Shown here in pieces: positions 12,415 through 25,059 of a stretch of 64,000 nt of DNA. A program made the translations under genes and the position numbers. Position 1 is the first letter of the stretch. Each line of letters starts with the position of its first letter. Under the pieces are notes generated by a model, which worked only from the letters and a program-made list of their open reading frames with translations, made no database searches and had not been told where the DNA came from. The DNA is from Octopus vulgaris (lineage: Eukaryota), in the NCBI GenBank assembly GCA_951406725.2, contig OX597817.1, positions 161,076,001-161,140,000 of the forward strand, given 5' to 3'.

Positions 12415-13691
12415 ATGACTTAACTACTCCTGAGGATGAGCATATAAACTGTGTCCCTCTGCCAAGCCATGTCAAGCCAGTGTGACAGAGTAGGTTCATC
12501 AAACCAGTATGATCTCAAGCTCAAATTCATGGCTTACACATCAAACCATGGTTGGTAGAGAGAACATGCTGAGGCCCTTGTACTGCAGTGAACTGAACAT
12601 GGACAATCCAATCCAATCCAATCCAATCGGCCTCAAAATAGATGAAAGGTAAAGTTGACCAAGGGATGATTTTAACTCAGACCACACAGAGCTGGAACAG
12701 ACACCACAAGGTATTCAATCCAAAGTGCTCACAATTTTGCCAATTAATTATGGAATGCTGGGTCAACCAAGGTCATGTTTTCAATAGGAATGTAAATCTA
12801 TTTAGTTCTATCCAGCCTGGGTAGGTAGCTATGGAACAGGGTGTACTTGTGTATGGATCATATTAGCTATGGAGTTGGATATACCCGGATCATACCAGCA
12901 AGAGAATTATGATTTGGAGAGTGTCTGGATCATAAGTGTTGGGAATATGTGTAGGTCATAAGATTTAGGGAAATCTTTGCAGGTGACACACATACACACG
13001 TGTGTGTGTGTGTGTGTGTGTGTATTTGTTAACTCTGCCACTACTTGGCAACCGATGTTGGTTTGTTTACGTCCCTATCGCTTAAAACTAAGTAATGGGT
13101 CAATTTGTTCGACTAAACCCTTATAAGAATGGTGCCCCAGCGTGGCCGCAGCCCTACTACAGAATCAAGTAAAAGATGGAAGACAACCACCACAACAACC
13201 AATACAGACACTGCATTGCATACACCTAACAAAGCAATAATATATACAAAAAAAAGAGCATATCCCAGAATGCAAGACAATCACACACACACACACACAC
13301 ACACGCATACACACGCACGCACCCGTGCAAAATAATCACACACATACACACATACACACGCATACTTACACATACACACACACACGCATGCGAAACAATC
13401 ACCTACATACACTTGCAAGCACGAACGCACACACACATACACGTACGCATGCAAGACAATCACTCACATACATGCATGCGTGCAAGAAAATCACACATAC
13501 ACACGCACACACACATGCACACATACACACGCACGCACGTAAGGCAATCACACGCACACACATGCGTGCAAGACAATCATCACACACACACACACACACG
13601 TGCAAGACAATCACACACACACGCACACTTGCAAGACAATCACACACACATGTACGCACGCATGCATGACGATCTCACATACGTACGCACG

Positions 13692-13756
<65 letters not shown>

Positions 13757-14337
13757 TATATCAGAAATAGACAACCTAAAAAACAAAGTTTACCTCATAC
13801 GCACTACACTGAAGTCACCCATATCAAACAACCGAAGAAGAAAATGATAAAATAAATAAACCCTCGAGGCACAAGTCAGGGCAAGGTTGTTCATGGAAGA
13901 CCAACTTTGGATTGAATACCTTGTGGTGTCTGTTCCAGCTCTGTGTGGTCTGAGTTAAAATCATCCCTTGGTCAACTTTGCCTTTCATCTATTTTGAGGC
14001 CGATTGGATTGGATTGTCCATGTTCAGTTCACTGCAGTACAAGGGCCTCAGCATGTTCTCTCTACCAACCATGGTTTGATGTGTAAGCCATGAATTTGAG
14101 CTTGAGATCATACTGGTTTGATGAACCTACTCTGTCACACTGGCTTGACATGGCTTGGCAGAGGGACGCAGTTTATATGCTCATCCTCAGGAGTAGTTAA
14201 GACATGGCGCAGGAGTGGCTGTGTGGTACGTAGCTTGTTTACCAACCACATAGAGTTGGGTTCAGTCCCACTGCGTGGCATCTTGGGCAAGTGTCTTCTA
14301 CTATAGCCTCGGGCCGACCAAAGCCTTGTGAGTGGAT
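12283..14337. repeat. Inverted duplication: arms 12283-12726 and 13904-14337
   Basis: Arms are near-identical reverse complements, including non-repetitive flank; they differ by two CCAAT units and a few substitutions. Confidence 0.93.
13270..13755. repeat. Compound minisatellite: TGCAAGACAATCA motif plus (CA)n spacers, ending in pure (CA)n
   Basis: Roughly ten recurrences of (T)GCAAGACAATCA or close variants. Confidence 0.85.
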
Positions 14338-14541
14338 GTCCAAAGAAAAGGCCAAGGTTGATACAGCTTGGCACCAGTGTCGTTGCAACTTATTCCTACA
14401 GCTGGGTGAACTGGAGCTCAAGAACACAACACACAGACTGGTCTGGGATTCGAATTCACTCCCTATTGATTGTGATCCAATGTTCTCACCACTGAACCAT
14501 GAGCCTTCATATTTTGTTAATAAAATAAATAATACTTAGAT

Positions 14542-14742
14542 CAGTGGTTTTCAACCAGGGTTCCGCCAGTACGGTCCAGGGGTTCCGCAAGAAGTTACAA
14601 AACTGCTAAAATCAGCAGTAATTTTTAATTCTCCTGTGCAGATATGTGTGCATAAGACTATTAAATTATTGCACAGGGGTTCCTCGAGCCAGTGGAGTGT
14701 TTCCTTGGGGTTCCGCTCCAGCAAAAAGTTTGAAAAGCACTG
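14542..14742. mobile_element. hAT (Charlie-like) MITE
   Basis: TIRs CAGTGGTTTTCAA / TTGAAAAGCACTG; perfect 8-bp TSD ACTTAGAT; repeated internal GGGTTCC motifs. Confidence 0.9.
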
Positions 14743-14942
14743 ACTTAGATGAACAGAAAGTGACTCATATAACCACAAAACTGATTGTAAAATACTATAT
14801 AGAATAAGTAAATGTAGCGAGGCTCTTGCTGAGTTTTGAACCATTGCTCTCATGTATTCCAGCTCGGAGCCATGACTTACTCGTATCTTACTGCCATAAA
14901 TACGAGCGTTCTATAGATTTAGAGTCAATATTTACGAATCAT

Positions 14943-15357
14943 AAGGCGGCGAGCTGGCAGAATCGTTAGCACGCCGAGCGAAATGCGTAGCCGTATTTCG
15001 TCTGTCGTTACGTTGAGTTCAGATTCCACCGAGGTCGACTTTGCCTCTCATCCTTTCCGGGTCGATAAATTAAATACCAGTTACGCACTGGGGCCGACGT
15101 AATCGACTTAATCCCTTTGTCTGTCCTTGTTTGTCCCTTCTGTGTTTAGCCCCTTGTGGGTAGTAAAGAAATAGGTATTTCGTCTGTCGTTACGTTCTGA
15201 GTTCAAATTCCGCCGAGATCGACTTTGCCTCTCATCCTTTCGGGGTCGATAAATTAAGTACCAGTTACGCACTGGGGTCGATGTAATCGACTTAATCCCT
15301 TTGTCTGTCCTTGTTTGTCCCCTGTATGTTTAGCCCCTTGTGGACAATAAAGAAATA
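14943..15357 (+). mobile_element. SINE family C dimer (full unit plus headless unit)
   Basis: Junction AAAGAAATA|GGTATTTCGTCTG at 15173/15174. Confidence 0.88.
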
Positions 15358-15611
15358 AGAATCGTAAGCACACGGGGCAAAATGCTAAACGGCATTTCGT
15401 CTGACTTTACATTCGGAGTTCAAGTGCCACCGAGGACTATTTTGCCTTTCATCCTTTCGGAGTCAATGAAATAAACGCCAGTTGAGTACTAGTGGTCGAT
15501 ATAATCGACTAGCTCCCTCTCCCGAAATTGCTGGCCTGGTGCCAAAATTTGAAACCAATATTCATGAATCGTATTGATAGGATAATACAAATATTACACA
15601 ACATTTACATA

Positions 15612-15769
15612 CAGGAGTGGCTGTGTGGTAAGTAGCTTGCTAACCAACCACATGGTTCCGGGTTCAGTCCCACTGCGTGGCATCTTGGGCAAGTGTCTTC
15701 TACTATAGCCCCGGACCGACCAATGCCTTGTGAGTGGATTTGGTAGACGGAAACTGAAAGAAGCCTGTC

Positions 15770-15813
<44 letters not shown>

Positions 15814-16035
15814 GTGTGTCTGTGTTTGTTCCCCTAGCATTGCTTGACAACCGATGCTGGTGTTTTACGTCCCCGTAACTTAGCGGTTCGGCAAAAAGAG
15901 ACCGATAGAATAAGTACTGGGCTTACAAAAAGAATAAGTCCCGGGGTCGAGTTGCTCGACTAAAGGCGGTACTCCAGCATGGCCGCACTCAAATGACTGA
16001 AACAAGTGAAAGAGTAAAAGAGCAAGTAAAGAGTA
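15612..16035 (+). mobile_element. SINE family A
   Basis: Near-full-length copy with CpGs largely retained. Confidence 0.9.
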
Positions 16036-16464
16036 TTATGAAAAAGAAAACATACAACTGAAGAGATCAAATAAAAGAAAAAAACAAATATGGCCCCATG
16101 TAATAATTTGATAACAATTATTTTTGCGTAACATTTTCCCTTCCTTACGTTCTGACCAAATTCATTTTTATTTCCTTAAAAAAAAAAAAAAAGAATCAGT
16201 ATTTTATTTCCCTTATATGTTGAAGTTAAAGAAAAAATTCGTAAAACAGGTGTTTCATATTATTTTGAAGACAGAGTATTTTCTTATTTTTGATTGACTT
16301 TTTTTATTGTTTTGTTGTTTTCTAAATTTGATTTGAATAGATATGCGTAATATTTGAAATAACAATATAGTTCCTGAAGTGAGACAATTACAACTCCAAA
16401 TACTTGTGCAGGTACGGAGCCAATATTCATATACACACACCTATTGATATTAAATAACGTTTCA

Positions 16465-16870
16465 AAGGCGGCGAGCTGGCAGAAACGTTAGCACGCCGGT
16501 CGAAATGCTTAGCAGTATTTCGTCCGCCGTTACGTTCTGAGTTCAAATTCCACTGAGGTCGACTTTGTCTTTCGTCCTTTCGGGGTCGATATATTAAGTA
16601 CCAGTTACGCACTGGGGTCGATATAATCGACTTAATCCGTTTATCTGTCCTTGTTTGTCCCCTCTGTGTTTAGCCCCTTGTGAGTAGTAAAGAAATAAGT
16701 ATTTCATCTGTCTTCTCGTTCTGAGTTCAAATTCCACCGCGGTCATCTTTGTTTTTCATACTTTCATCCTTTCAGGAGTCAATAAAATAATTACCAGCTG
16801 AACACTGAAGTCGATGTAATCGACTAACCCTTCCCTGAGACTGCTGGCCTTGTGCCAAAATTTGAAATCG
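16465..16870 (+). mobile_element. SINE family C followed by an older headless C-like unit
   Basis: Same head and core as the other C copies. Confidence 0.85.
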
Positions 16871-17198
16871 ATGTTAAAGAATATTTCCTTGAAATACCTT
16901 ACAGTAAGACCAAAACTGGAACCACGTGATTATGAAGAGCATTCCTTAACCATTCGGCTTCAACTTCTAAGACAGCAAATTTAAACGGGGCCCACTGACG
17001 AGGATATATACATACATATATATATATATTAGCTATTTTATTGGGTTGTCAGTTGAATTTGTTTGTTTCTTCCCAATGTTATTTTAATTATTTTCATCGC
17101 AATGTTTTATGGCTTTTGTAGTTCTATTCAACTTTTGCCAATCGTTTTTGAAATTTGAATTCATTTCCCCACTTTTTAAGACTTAGACGATGTTCATA

Positions 17199-17599
17199 TC
17201 TCTTTACTCTTTTACTTGTTTCAGTCATTTGACTGCGGCCATGCTGGAGCACCGCCTTTAGTCGAGCAAATCGACCCTTATTCTTTGTAAGCTCAGTACT
17301 TATTCTATCAGTCTCTTTTGCCGAACCGCTAAGTGACGGGGACGTAAACACACCAGCATCGGTTGTCAAGCAATGCTAGGGGCACAAACACAGACACACA
17401 AACACACACACATACATATATATATATACATATATACGACAGGCTTCTTTCAGTTTCCGTCTACCAAATCCACTCACAAGGCATTGGTCAGCCCGGGGCT
17501 ATAGCAGAAGACACTTGCCCAAGATGCCACGCAGTGAGACTGAACCCGGAACCATGTGGTTGGTTAGCAAGCTACTTACCACACAGCCACTCCTGCGCC
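17199..17599 (-). mobile_element. SINE family A
   Basis: Full-length reverse copy. Confidence 0.9.
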
Positions 17600-18289
17600 T
17601 GTTTATGTTCATCGTCATATGTCTAATGTTCATGTTTTTCAAGTAGAAAAACCAACTGATAAATACGGAAAGCAGGGGCCAATACAGTTGTGTTCTGACA
17701 TAGTGGGTGCTGTAAGGTACGGTTGTTGTCAAATTTCATGTTGGTTATGTAAACGGATTTAGACTTATGGCCTTCTCCGTCGCGTAACAAATGAAGTACT
17801 CAAAGCTCTCCAACGGGATCAGCGATGGGAAAGAAGGTTCGCAGAATATGGTAGTGTTCCTCTACTTTTCAACTCAAGGTGGAAGGGGTTAAAGCGTCTA
17901 ACCTCAGCGTCTTTCATATCCTCTGCCTCACAAACCCTAGGGTACACCGAGTTCCTAAAACCTGTCTCCACCACTGAAGCAATCATCTACATCACTTTAT
18001 TTCAACGATTGTTCATCGCCTGAAGTCTCTTGACGATCTTTTGGCACCTTTAAGTAACCTCTTTTGGCGAGAACACGCCTGGAGATAGCAGTGGCGTGAA
18101 ACTCGAGTCCAGAGATAAATTACCTGTTTCAATTTCAATAAAAAATCACATCCTCTACATTAGGTATTGAGCACTTCTCCCTCTTTCATCTGTCATAAAC
18201 CAACGTACACACAAACACACACACACGCACGCACACACACACACACACACACTTATAAAAGAAGTTAGTCAATAGTTTGCAATTTTATC

Positions 18290-18760
18290 ATATATTTCGA
18301 TATTTCGGGGTTCAGACCCCACTCTTCAGGAAAAGCTAATAGGAGACGGTATTGCAAGTTATTTTTCTGCTGCGTGTGTGTGTGTGTGTGTATAAAGGGT
18401 TGGGATTTTGCATGCTTAGAATAGCATTGGAATATAATAGCCAATCAGCTGTGTACAGCTCAATTCTGCAGTTAATACGAAGTTTGGTCTTATTAATGGT
18501 AATGGCTTCTTTTATTCTCAGGTTCCCAATGTTTCGTTCCGCAGCGTCAATGAAAACCTGGATGACTCGAGATGTCCTCCTTCTTGTGCCAGATGTAATG
18601 GCATGCTTTCTCGGTGTCTTCCGACAATTTTCTGTCAACACTTTTCCTTTCCTTCGCACCTAGTCCAACATTCTTGAGAATCTAGTATCCCTGGTTCCAA
18701 CAACTTTTCATCCTATATCTACAAGAAAGCATATTGCCTCTCATAAGGTTGGGTTATTGG
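18290..18760 (-). mobile_element. Penelope-like element 3' remnant: degenerate GIY-YIG endonuclease followed by an HHR
   Basis: ORF 18336-18659 has KHAITSG...ERNIGNLRIKEAITINKTKLRINCR, like the PLE endonuclease C-terminus (E.N...R.IKEAI.I....IN). A frameshifted IG..S.R..DTRFSE-like motif lies upstream. Confidence 0.7.
18295..18333 (-). ncRNA. Minimal hammerhead ribozyme just after the GIY-YIG stop codon
   Basis: TTTC CTGAAGA GTGGGGT CTGA ACCCC GAAA TA TC GAAA; palindromic ATAT in place of stem III; AUC triplet. Confidence 0.72.
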
Positions 18761-19554
18761 TAGTAAAAAATAGAAAGTGTTATTTACCGTCGAGGTCAAC
18801 AGAGATCTCCCAAATCTCCTCCCATTTTGGATAATTCTTTTTCCTTAAAGTGGATGGTTTACAGCATTCTCCTTCCCAGGGAAACTTTATCTTCCCATGT
18901 TCTACTACTTGTGGTCTTTTGCCTTTCTCAATTCGCTTTACCCTCTCCATCGCAGCATCAAGTACTTAGTTAAGGCCGCCATGTGTATGTATCTACGCTC
19001 CAGATACAAATGGTTGGCTTTCAGGTTTCACGATGTTGTTATTGTTTAACCCGAGGTAAACTTGGATTGAGCCAGCTTATGAACAAAGGCGTAACAGCTG
19101 AGACCATCTGTCGTTTTCTTTTTTGTATATTTACGTCTACACTGTCCGACGTGCCATTCTTTTTTAAGGCGGTAAGGTGAGATTTGATGTAGATTTGGCT
19201 GCTATTTCTAGTTGGCCAAGTGACTTGCCCAGAGTCTTAATCAAAGATGAAGAATGCATTGGAATTGTAGAAACATTTCAGTGCTATCATTCTGATGTAA
19301 TATCTGTCAATTATGATATTTTAAATGACCTTTTACATATTTCCGTTGTTTTTATTCTGTAGAATGACATGGAACATTCGAAAATTTAACTGAATTTCTA
19401 GAATGCTCATTTATAAGAGTATTGAAAAAATCCCAAATAAAATATAAATATTATTTGTAATTATTTTGACTGTGGTGTTTGCTGTTTACCCCCGGTAAGG
19501 CATAATCAAACACACCTCTAACGAAGGATGTTCTGTCCGTATTTTCTTATAGCT

Positions 19555-20122
19555 GCAAAGCATAGCTGTGTTTTTAAAGCTTGCTTCTCAACCATGTGGT
19601 CTTGGATCCAGTGCCACTGGACAGCATCTTGGGTGTATATATGTATGTATGTATGCATCTATGTATGTATGTATGTATGTATGTATGTATGTATGTATGT
19701 ATGTATGTATGTATGTATGTATTATGTATGCATGTATGTATGCATGCATGCATGTAAGTATTATGTATGTATGTATGTATGTATGTATGTATGCATGCGT
19801 GTAAGTATTATGTATGTATGTATGTATGTATGTATGCATGTATGCATGTATTTTTACATATTTATATATGTATGTATACGTATATGCGTGTATCTATTTG
19901 CGACGGTTATAAATGAGCATCATTGTCCTACAAGCGAGGTTGTTCGTTCCCATTCTTCCATGAAAACACGTCTAGCTATATGAAAGTATGATCTTGCTTG
20001 GGAACAGGTGAGGGGTAGTGACACAGGAAGGGCATTCGGTCGTAGAAAATTTGTTCCAACAAATTTTGTCTGACCATCGCAGCATGGGAAAATGGACATT
20101 AAATGATGATGATGATGATAAT
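19555..20122 (+). mobile_element. Old SINE with A-like head, expanded (TATG)n and an RTE-like 3' tail
   Basis: Ends AGGAAGGGCAT...GTAGAAA...GGACATTAAATGATGATGATG, like the RTE end at 730-856. Confidence 0.65.
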
Positions 20123-21157
20123 GATTCTATTACTAAATGATTCATTGTACCCTAATAATCTTTTGCTTTGGAACCAAAATAGCGATGGACGAGGGAAAAT
20201 TACGGGATTAGGTTACAAAAGGCGTTGAGGATTTACGCAGAAACCAGGCAGGTGGAAGACAGAAAAGAATGGTATACATAAATATGAGATAGAAACTCCA
20301 GAGAGGAGGAACGCTACCTGGGGCCAAACGAGAAACTTTCTCGTTTCAAGGATAACCCTGACTGCCTAAGGTAATCCACCCCTCAACCAAATGTCATTTC
20401 CATGTCTACAGGCAAATAATACTCAGTGCAAACCCATTCACTTGAGCCATGGTTATCACTCATCCATATTTCAACAGATTTGTAGACAATATCTCTTTCG
20501 CCCTCCTCTCTCTCCCTTTCTCTCTCTCTCCCATTAGTGTAGCTAGTGTGTGTGTGGGGGGGGGGGGTGCATGAGAGCGATCTGTTCTGGAAGTCGCTTT
20601 TGTAGTAGCACTATTTTTGGGTTTTCTGCATAAGCATGTATAAGGTGTGAAGGTAGGGAGCGGAAAACTCAAGGGCTGCTCCGGGCAGCACACACTCTAG
20701 CTACGCCATTGCCCCTTCCCGCTTCACCTTCGATGAGGTCATGACTTCAGCAGCAATAACTGACCTCACGTGCATAACAAAGGAAGACTGCCAATCCCTC
20801 TCTACCAAAAGAAAGCTGCGAGATGGGTAACTTCATGGTCGAAACGTCCAGTAGCTACATCTGTCCAACACACAACAGCTATTCGACAAAATATCCACAA
20901 GTCAGCAATGCTCTTACTCTGAAAGAATGTGTAACGGTTATTGTTAAGGTGTTGGTTGCCAGAATGCAAGATGGAAGAAGAACAGTGATTGAAGTTGTAA
21001 AGAAATATTTATTTACTGTTACTTTGTATATATCCAAAACCACGACGGGTTGGTATGTATAATCAGTAAATGGAAAAGCATGCGAGGAAAAAAAGAGTTA
21101 ATTTCGGCTTGTATATGTGTACACGATCTCATTGTAGTATATAGAGAAAGATATGGT

Positions 21158-21548
21158 GTGTGGATGCACTCCGTCGGTTACGACGACGAGGGTTCCGGTT
21201 GATCCGAATCAGCGGAACAGCCTGCTCGTGAAATTAACGTGTAAGTGGCTGAGCACTCCACAGACACGTGTACCCTTAACGTAGTTCTCGGGGATATTCA
21301 GCGTGACACAGAGAGTGACAAGGCCGGCCCTTTGAAATACAGGTACAACAGAAACAGGAAGTAAGATTGAGAGAAAGTTGTGGTGAAAGAGTACAGCAGG
21401 GATCACCACCATCCCCTGCCGGAGCCTCGTGGAGCTTTTAGGTGTTTTCGCTCAATAAACACTCACAGCGCCTGGTCTGGGAATCGAAACCGCGATCCTA
21501 TGACCGTGAGTCCGCTGCCCTAACCACTGGGCCATTGCGCCTCCACTA
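21158..21548 (-). mobile_element. SINE family F (tail type i)
   Basis: TSD AGAAAGATATGGT on both sides. Confidence 0.9.
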
Positions 21549-21889
21549 AGAAAGATATGGTAATGCGCCAGAGAAAAGAAAGTGAGTTAGTGAAAGTGAG
21601 AGTGGTAGGACGAGACAGCTTCTACGTTGGCTATTTCCATAGTTGTCATTCTGTGAAGTTACCTCAGTCGAGACAGCATTTCGCTTGAGCCGGTCAGCCG
21701 CCTCTCTGTCAGTCGCTCTCACCAACTGACTTTGGTTTACGGAGTTCTTGTTTTTATAACTATCCAAAACCAGCAAGAAGGATAGACATATTGTTAAGAA
21801 CAAATGATTTCGTTGGTGGTCTGTTATCTCTATTCTAGCTTTTGGTGGCCCAGAAGAGGTTAGACGGGTCAAATGGCAAAGACATTATT

Positions 21890-22940
21890 CTGCTTAGCGA
21901 AGGCATCTGATAAATGTAACTGCTGTCACTCACAGAAAAAAAACTTGTTTAACTGCGAGAAAAGTGCTGTTAAGTGAAATATGGCGATCGAGGATCGAAT
22001 CCCCGCCATGTCTGCATTAAGCCACTACAAATGAGTACAGAACAGACAAACCCGATTGATGGCACTCCATGTTGAGTGTTATGAACCGGCAATGTCTTTG
22101 ATAACACTGCCAGGCCAGGGATTTCTGGAAAGTATCCATAGTACTCAGTATAGAAGTTCTACAGAGCAGACTAGCAAGTTGGTTCATGTTCACACCTAGA
22201 GTTTCCTGAGAATGTCGTCGCTTTTCTCCACCATTAGCCCTTTATAATACGCTAATGTGGGAGTTCTACCGGCCGCATTATCTGACTGGTTGAGGACTGT
22301 GAACTTCTGACAACGTTTTCCTGATAGTAGCAGCACAAACTTGATATCCGCTTGATACAGGACTGTAACTTCAAGGAGAAGAGCTTAAAAGACTCCGCCG
22401 GTTACGACGACGAGGGTCCCAGCTGATACAATCAACGGAACAGCTTGCTCGTGAAATTAACCTGCAAATGGCTGAGCACTCCACAGACACGTGCACCCTT
22501 AACGTAGTTCTCGGGGATAATCAGCGTGACACAGAGAGTGACAAGGCTGACGCTTTGAAATACAAGTACAACTCATTTTTGCCAGCTGAGTGGACTGGAG
22601 CAACGTGAAATAAAGTGTCTTGCTCAAGGACACAACGCGTCGCCGGGAATCGAACTCACAACCTTACGATCATAAGCCGAATGCCCTAACCACTAAGCCA
22701 CGCGCCCTCACAAGGAGAAGAGCTAGAGGAAAATGTATCACAAGAGGCGACCACACTGGTTTACCGTCCTGGAATCTCTGAAGGTGCTGCAGCCTCACTG
22801 CACGTCTGCATATCGTCCACCTCAGCATACCGATCTATCGGTGCAGAGTGTATTGGCAATAAATGGACTGTTTAACAAATGGAAACGAACAACATCGCTT
22901 GTAGGAAAATGATGCTAATTTACGACCATTACAAACACAT
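21890..22940 (-). mobile_element. Tx1/L1-clade LINE ORF2 C-terminal remnant, interrupted by a SINE
   Basis: Minus-strand peptides QSIYCQ...IGMLR...RRAVRLQHLQRFQDGKPVWSP and YKGLMVEKSDDIL...MDTFQKSLAWQCYQ. Confidence 0.65.
22386..22710 (-). mobile_element. SINE family E
   Basis: tRNA-like head GGCGCGTGGCTTAGTGGTTAGG...GAGTTCGATTCCC; TSD CAAGGAGAAGAGCT. Confidence 0.9.
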
Positions 22941-23019
22941 CCACACACATACGCCATGATAGATCGCCAGCCACTACACATTTTTTTTTAATTTTCTCTC
23001 CCTGTTTATTTCTGTGTTC

Positions 23020-23055
23020 CTTTCTGTCGAAGAGCGTAGGCTCGAAAAGTAAAAG
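23020..23055 (+). ncRNA. Variant hammerhead-like motif (CUGUCGAA family) within a ~190-bp element (~22955-23147)
   Basis: CTTT CTGTCGAA GAGC GTAG GCTC GAAA AG TA AAAG. Confidence 0.58.
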
Positions 23056-23143
23056 ACTTTCTCACTTCCCGAGCGTTAAACTAATATATCTGTTTGTTGT
23101 TTACACATCCGTCTTCGTCTTTTGTTTTTTTTTTTATAAATTC

Positions 23144-23241
<98 letters not shown>

Positions 23242-23511
23242 CGTTTGTAGAAATACATAAATCCGGAAGAGAAGAACACTCTAAGATGTAGAGTAGTTAA
23301 TATTATAGAACCCACATAAACCGGCCTGCCTCACTATAATATATATATATATATATATATAGTAAAAGCAATTAAGATTCAAGTCAGTTCTAATGAATTC
23401 ACTTGAATGCGGTACTTAACTTAGATGCAACAGAAAACTATATGGTATTAACCATACAATAATGTGGGGTGATTATAAATGAGAAAAAAGCAACAAGAAT
23501 GGATTAGTTTT

Positions 23512-23602
23512 TTTTAGTACAATTGTTTCATACAAAGACAAGCTTTATTAAAACCTGCAAATATTGCAGCAAATACAAGTGTCCCGTACTCATCAGCTAA
23601 AA
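23512..23602 (-). ncRNA. Hammerhead ribozyme with extended stem II, intact core, in a (TA)n-flanked element (~23361-24113)
   Basis: TTTTAG CTGATGA GTACGGGACA...TGTCTTTGTAT GAAA CAATTG TA CTAAAA; palindromic stem III. Confidence 0.85.
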
Positions 23603-24109
23603 CACATATGGGTTCTCCAAGCATCCTAGTGGGTGAGGCTACACTCATGAAGTATCGGAGATAGTTCTATAAAAAGCAAATTTAGGTTGTAAACAGACTT
23701 CCAAAGTTCTCTAATGATGATGCACAGTCTTATAACAGGTTTTTTAAAAAAGCTTGTTAGCTTCACAGAGAAGGTGAATCAATCCATAATGTAGGTGCAA
23801 ATTTCCAGAGATATGAGGAGATATTTCATACTCACAGACGATGAATCTATCCATGATTAATCCGCAATGATGTGGGTATAATTTCCTGCTATATGATAAG
23901 ATACTTGTCACACCTCTGTTCCTTTCACAAAACTGCTATGTTAGAATTTATAAAGGTTGAAGGAATCTTGTGGAGCAAAGAAAAGAAAAAAGAAAAAGAA
24001 GAAGAAAAAATAGAAAAACCGCCCACATAGAGCATACTTTTAATAAAGCTTGTCTTTGTATGAAACAATTGTACTAAAAAAACTAATCCATTCTTGTTGC
24101 TTTTTTCTC

Positions 24110-24161
<52 letters not shown>

Positions 24162-24363
24162 GGAATAAATCCAAACTTACAGGGAAAAATCAGATTTAGG
24201 ATTGAATCCAATTTTATAGTAAAATATTATATTATATTAAATTAGAGACAAAACCACTATTAGGCAAATCAAACAATGAAAAACTTAAGCCAATACATAA
24301 GATTATTTAATTTATATTATTTAAATATATAACAAAATTATTAAAAAAATATAATTAATATCA

Positions 24364-24427
24364 CACTACGATCGTTTCATGGCTGCTAACTTCTTCAAAT
24401 TTTTGAGTCACAGTCATTCATCAGGTG
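24364..24427 (-). ncRNA. Hammerhead ribozyme, intact core, in a (TA)n-flanked element (~24159-24520)
   Basis: CAC CTGATGA ATGACTG...CAGCCAT GAAA CGATCG TA GTG; related to the 10090 copy. Confidence 0.85.
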
Positions 24428-24516
24428 GTTTAATTATTTATCTTGGCGAGGGTTAAACAATGTATTGGCTTAAGTTTTTCATTGTTTGATTTGCCTAATA
24501 GTGGTTTTGTCTCTAA

Positions 24517-24634
<118 letters not shown>

Positions 24635-24696
24635 GTGCGTATTTTTCCCTTGTTAACAATTAACACGGAAAAAATATATAAATAGTTACCAGGGTA

Positions 24697-24747
<51 letters not shown>

Positions 24748-25021
24748 TGGTTGTGCAAACAGTTTGATAATTGTTGTGTTGGTTGTACAGGACGTCACCA
24801 ACAGTAAGCAACATGAAATACGAAAACAAATGAGTTGAATACGCAAAGAACGAGAGAAACAAATGGAAAACAGGACAAGCAACGCAAAGAACGACCCTTC
24901 ATCAGTTGTTGGCTGTGTATCTACTCCTCAATTCGAGCATTCAACGACAATATAAGTCTTCGAAAACAGCTGCTCCCATAAATACCAAAACGAAATTTGA
25001 CACGCGGGAAGAATGGAAAAG

Positions 25022-25059
25022 ACTTTGATGTTTCGAGCCTACGCTCTTCGACAGAAAGT
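25022..25059 (-). ncRNA. Variant hammerhead-like motif (CUGUCGAA family) in a longer element (~24742-25140)
   Basis: ACTTT CTGTCGAA GAGC GTAG GCTC GAAA CA TC AAAGT. Confidence 0.62.

Noticed and set aside
13270-13690. Repeat-spacer pattern resembling a CRISPR array
   Set aside because: Spacers are (CA)n variants, the context is eukaryotic and there are no cas genes; it is a minisatellite.
17640-18120. GC-balanced, coding-looking unique stretch
   Set aside because: No open frame or motif recognised; probably an old transposon remnant, left uncalled.
24890-24970. Minus-strand CTGATGA and a TCGAAGA...GCTCGAA echo near the 25022 motif
   Set aside because: Cannot be folded into a hammerhead with a paired stem I; at most a decayed second copy.
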